From Thalia democratica (lineage: Eukaryota), in the NCBI GenBank assembly GCA_965202585.1, contig OZ241829.1:84072001-84136000 (forward strand): 64,000 bases of DNA, read 5' to 3'. This document shows positions 60,544-64,000 of this stretch, piece by piece. The position numbers were made by a program, and so were the translations under genes. Within the stretch, counting starts at the first letter, position 1; every line of letters starts with the position of its first letter. The notes below the pieces were generated by a model. That model was not told the DNA's origin and ran no database searches. It saw only the letters and a program-made list of their open reading frames with translations.

Positions 60544-62010
60544 TTTTAGATGCTTTATTTGTTGTAACTAACTTTTAAAACATACCAACTTTTAAACTAA
60601 AATACATTCTTAAACAATATCTAAAATGTTAGCCATTAAAACAGCTATAACAAAATGAAAATGTATGAAAATAAATATTGCTTTACTTAAAGTATTGCTT
60701 GTTAAACTGCATTGTAACAAAAGCTAACACTAAATTGCCTAGTAAAACTGCTCTACATAATAATGAAATACATATAAACACATTGATTTATTTTAAATTT
60801 ATTTGCGGGTAGAAGAAGCTTGAACTCTGCCATTGACAATTTTTCTTGAACATTATAATTTATGTCTTTATAGAGGCTAGTCTTTCCAACCTCCTCTATC
60901 ATGCTTTCAGTAATGGAAAATTTCGGCAACAAAATCCCATGGCTTTGCAAGTTGATCTGACAATATTAAAGTTTAATTGTGGAATATTGCTTTTCAATAT
61001 TAATAACAATTATTTTTCATCTGTGTGGATAGTAAAGTATGAAATTTTTGATAATACAAACTTATGCAAACTATTAACATAACAATATAAGTGTTAAACT
61101 TTGTTACTTTATTTTGAGCGATGAGCCGCTTTAGCGTAATTGTTGGTTCTCTGACTTCTGGATAGAAACCTTTCATATTGATTCCAAATTTGAATGAGAA
61201 AGGTAAGCAAAAAAGTAAATTTAGATTCTACTTTACATTTTCTCAATAAAGAAGTATAGCTAGTATTTTTACTGTAATGAACAGTTAAGTTACATACCGC
61301 CATTGATAGTATCATCATTTGTTTCCTGTTGTTGCTGATCTTCTGAATATATTGACTTTTTAGTACTTTGAATACCAAAATTACCTATAAAATAACAGGT
61401 TATTAAACGAAGTAAGAAAAGTAAAATTACATTGCTAACCTTAGCAGGTATTTAAACCTTAAACTATTCAAAAGAATGTTCGTATAATTAAAAATAGGTG
61501 ACTGAAAAATTGCTGTTACTAACCTGGTATAATTTTTATCTAGCATGTATTTTAAGCTATAACAAATGATTTTAATTAAATTACACTTTTCAGGTTGAAC
61601 AGCCAATTTTATGAATTCTCGAACAGATTCTTTTCGTGCTTTTCTAAGCATTATTTTGTAGAATATTCTGCTCATGTCACTCTTAAAGTTGTAGTTGACA
61701 ACATAGTTTTTATATTTGTAGTCCCAAAGACTTGTTTAAAAACCCAAACTTTATCTATTTAATTTTTGACAGATGTTACTATTGTCACAATAGCAATTAA
61801 ATTGGCATGTAACCATGCTTTTATCAAGTTATCTAATATTTTTTTTAGGTTTCAATCAAAGACTTGAGGTAAAAGCTATTCATGGTTTAACAAAAAATGT
61901 AGTACATACTTGTCAGCTGTTAAATATTCTCTAAACCATTCAAGTTTTTCTAAAAAAAAAAAATCATCTTTGTGAAAATGCATTTACCAGTTTTTTTTAA
62001 ACCTACTTGT

Positions 62011-62367
62011 TCACAAAAAAAGCATGTGTTCTGACATTTTATTCGTGCTGGTAAATGGAAATCTGCAGTAAACTAGTAACTGCGCTTCACCAGAAACATC
62101 AACACTCTCATCAAGAAACTGATTACACAAACGTAAATTTTCCAAAAGCTGTTCTTTCACATCTTTAGCTACAAGCGTAGTTGTTCTGGCAGACAAAAAA
62201 ATGGTATCAATTTGTTTAGCAGCATCTATGCCGAAAAAACGTTCTACACATCTAAAGAAAAGTAGTTTTAAACCTTCAGCATCAGTATAAGGTTTTTTAT
62301 TCTGCATTGTGTAATAAGCTGCATCTTTTGACGATAATATTGCAGGACTACATTTTGTTGGTGTCAA
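62011..62367 (-). mobile_element. hAT Buster/ZBED8-SCAND3-type transposase relic
   Basis: KKPYTDAE, LSARTT and LDESVDVSGEAQLLVYCRF. Confidence 0.8.
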
Positions 62368-63129
62368 TGGACATTAAATCAATCATCAAAAAAATTAAAT
62401 TAATCTGTCAAGATATAATTTTTTGCTGTTATTATTAGGTACGTTGCTTCCTTTTTTAGCTATATAACTAAATGAGCAACTGACCTATACTACTTGATTT
62501 TGTGAAAGATGTTTTTGCAAGTGGGAATAGTTTAAATTGTCGTATCCACCTAAAACCTTAAGATCCAGAAACATTCTCCAATTTGCATCATTACAATACA
62601 AAATCTGTCGTAAGTTGGTGTTGCTAACAACCTTAAGATTATCAATAAAACACTCTTAACAGACGTTTACACTTAAGGAGCCTTTATACAATTAAGACAA
62701 AAGTTAAATTGTTTCATGCTAGATCGATGATCACAAGTAAGAAAGTAAACTAAGTTTCTGAAAGAATGTAAATATGTTAAAAAGCATACTGTTGCACTAC
62801 TTGATAAAAAATACCTATTTTGACAATTTTCATCTGAATACAGCAACATTCTTGTCCAAAAAGGAGTTACAGGCATATAAAATACAACAAGAGTTCTTAT
62901 GAAACCAGGCAAATAGCGTTTATTACGATTTTTGCTAATTACTTGTATATTCAAATTTGTATATTTTTTAAATAACATCCCAAAAGGTGATTTTTCTGCC
63001 ATTGTTTTTTCCTTTTTTTTTTTCGTCCACTTTTTTTATCACGAATCTTAATGTTGAAAAATTATCCGGTAGAATTTATTATTAACGTCGGTATCAATTT
63101 TATGTAGGTTAGATGTTTTGTCAGCTCTG

Positions 63130-63960
63130 ACTTTAAATTTTTTAATTTGGGATTGAAATTGGATGCTACACATTTAGTTTTAAGCTTTTTCAAACTCTCA
63201 TAATAATCTTCTTTTCTTTCATTTTTTCTTTTCATTATTCTGTCCTCACCTGTAATAATATCTATAAAGATATCCAGTGGGTGGAAAGATTTTCCGTCAA
63301 AAAGGTAGAATTTACAGCGGTAGCTTTTGTAAAAATATGGTATAGAAAAAACTTTTATTGTTTGCTTCAGTAAGGATGTGCTCAATATCTAGGAAAGGCA
63401 ACTTATCTACTCCATTTTCTGCCGACATTATTGTCGATGTCTAATCTAGATCGTACTCTTTAAATGTTTTCTTGAGATATTTACTTATTTCTTTTAATAC
63501 TGAAATATCGTCAATGTAACGTCTTACAAATAGTGATTTATTTAATTTAGAAGCTTTCGTCATTATATAATGTAATGAAATATTAGCTATGACAACGGAG
63601 TTGTTATCACCTGTAATTATACCCTTCTTTTGTTTAAAATATTTTTCCTGAAAAACTAAAGTTATTGCGTTTTCTAGTAGACTTTTAGTGATACTAGGGT
63701 AAAAATTGATAGTATAGAACTTAAGTAAATTATATTTTTCTTATTCTATGATTTTAAACCATTTTAAAACCTCGTCAGAGCTTATCCGTTGGTTAAACTC
63801 TTTTCTACTTCGTATTTGTCTGTTTATATTAACGCTTATTGTTATACTAATTACTCCTATTTCTGATCCAATCGGGTAGGGCTGTTGGAAGAAATCTAGA
63901 AATTTTTAAAACTTTTAGAATTCTGTCATAATGAAAAAAGTTGAATTGATATTTTCAACT
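63130..63960 (-). mobile_element. Penelope-like RT relic with an intact YIDD
   Basis: GDNNSVVIANISLHY...FVRRYIDDI, LPFLD and YLFDGKSFHP. Confidence 0.78.
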
Positions 63961-64000
63961 TTTTGCAATATTTGTTACTCTTGGTGCCTTACTTTGTACA

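Noticed and set aside
26390-64000. Endogenous giant virus or Maverick
   Set aside because: I recognised no capsid, DNA polymerase B, packaging ATPase or retroviral-type integrase. The identifiable pieces are TE relics and eukaryotic enzyme domains.
26390-64000. Hammerhead ribozymes expected for Penelope pLTRs
   Set aside because: The CTGAnGA hits I inspected (e.g. rc 42634, 43610, 37632, rc 63773) lack a properly placed GAAA and stems. A covariance-model search is still needed.

Overview
Very AT-rich animal genomic DNA. The composition, short GT-AG introns and transposon types suggest a Hydra-like cnidarian (inference, not proven). The window has two kinds of sequence. (1) A host-gene island at ~2.3-26.4 kb. 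It holds a 13-exon, divergent but catalytically intact canonical poly(A) polymerase gene (+, 7225-13392, with an in-frame extension to 13722), a frameshifted Ariadne-domain (ARIH-like) fragment, a possible unidentified multi-exon gene on the minus strand, MITEs and local duplications. (2) A mosaic at 1-2.3 kb and ~26.4-64 kb, built from short (50-700 bp) modules that recur 2-6 times in shuffled order. They derive from Penelope-like, CR1/L2, RTE, hAT and MULE elements, plus captured enzyme genes: a stand-alone intronless p300/CBP acetyltransferase domain, Ulp1/C48 SUMO-protease copies, a calpain catalytic fragment and an RRM protein. About 30 coding relics that I could identify in the mosaic are all on the minus strand. 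This co-orientation, with chimeric junctions shared between copies, is the main finding. It fits either a flamenco-like uni-strand piRNA source locus or a Penelope-driven (Terminon-like) concatenation system. All family calls are by-eye motif recognition, no searches were run, and relic boundaries are approximate.
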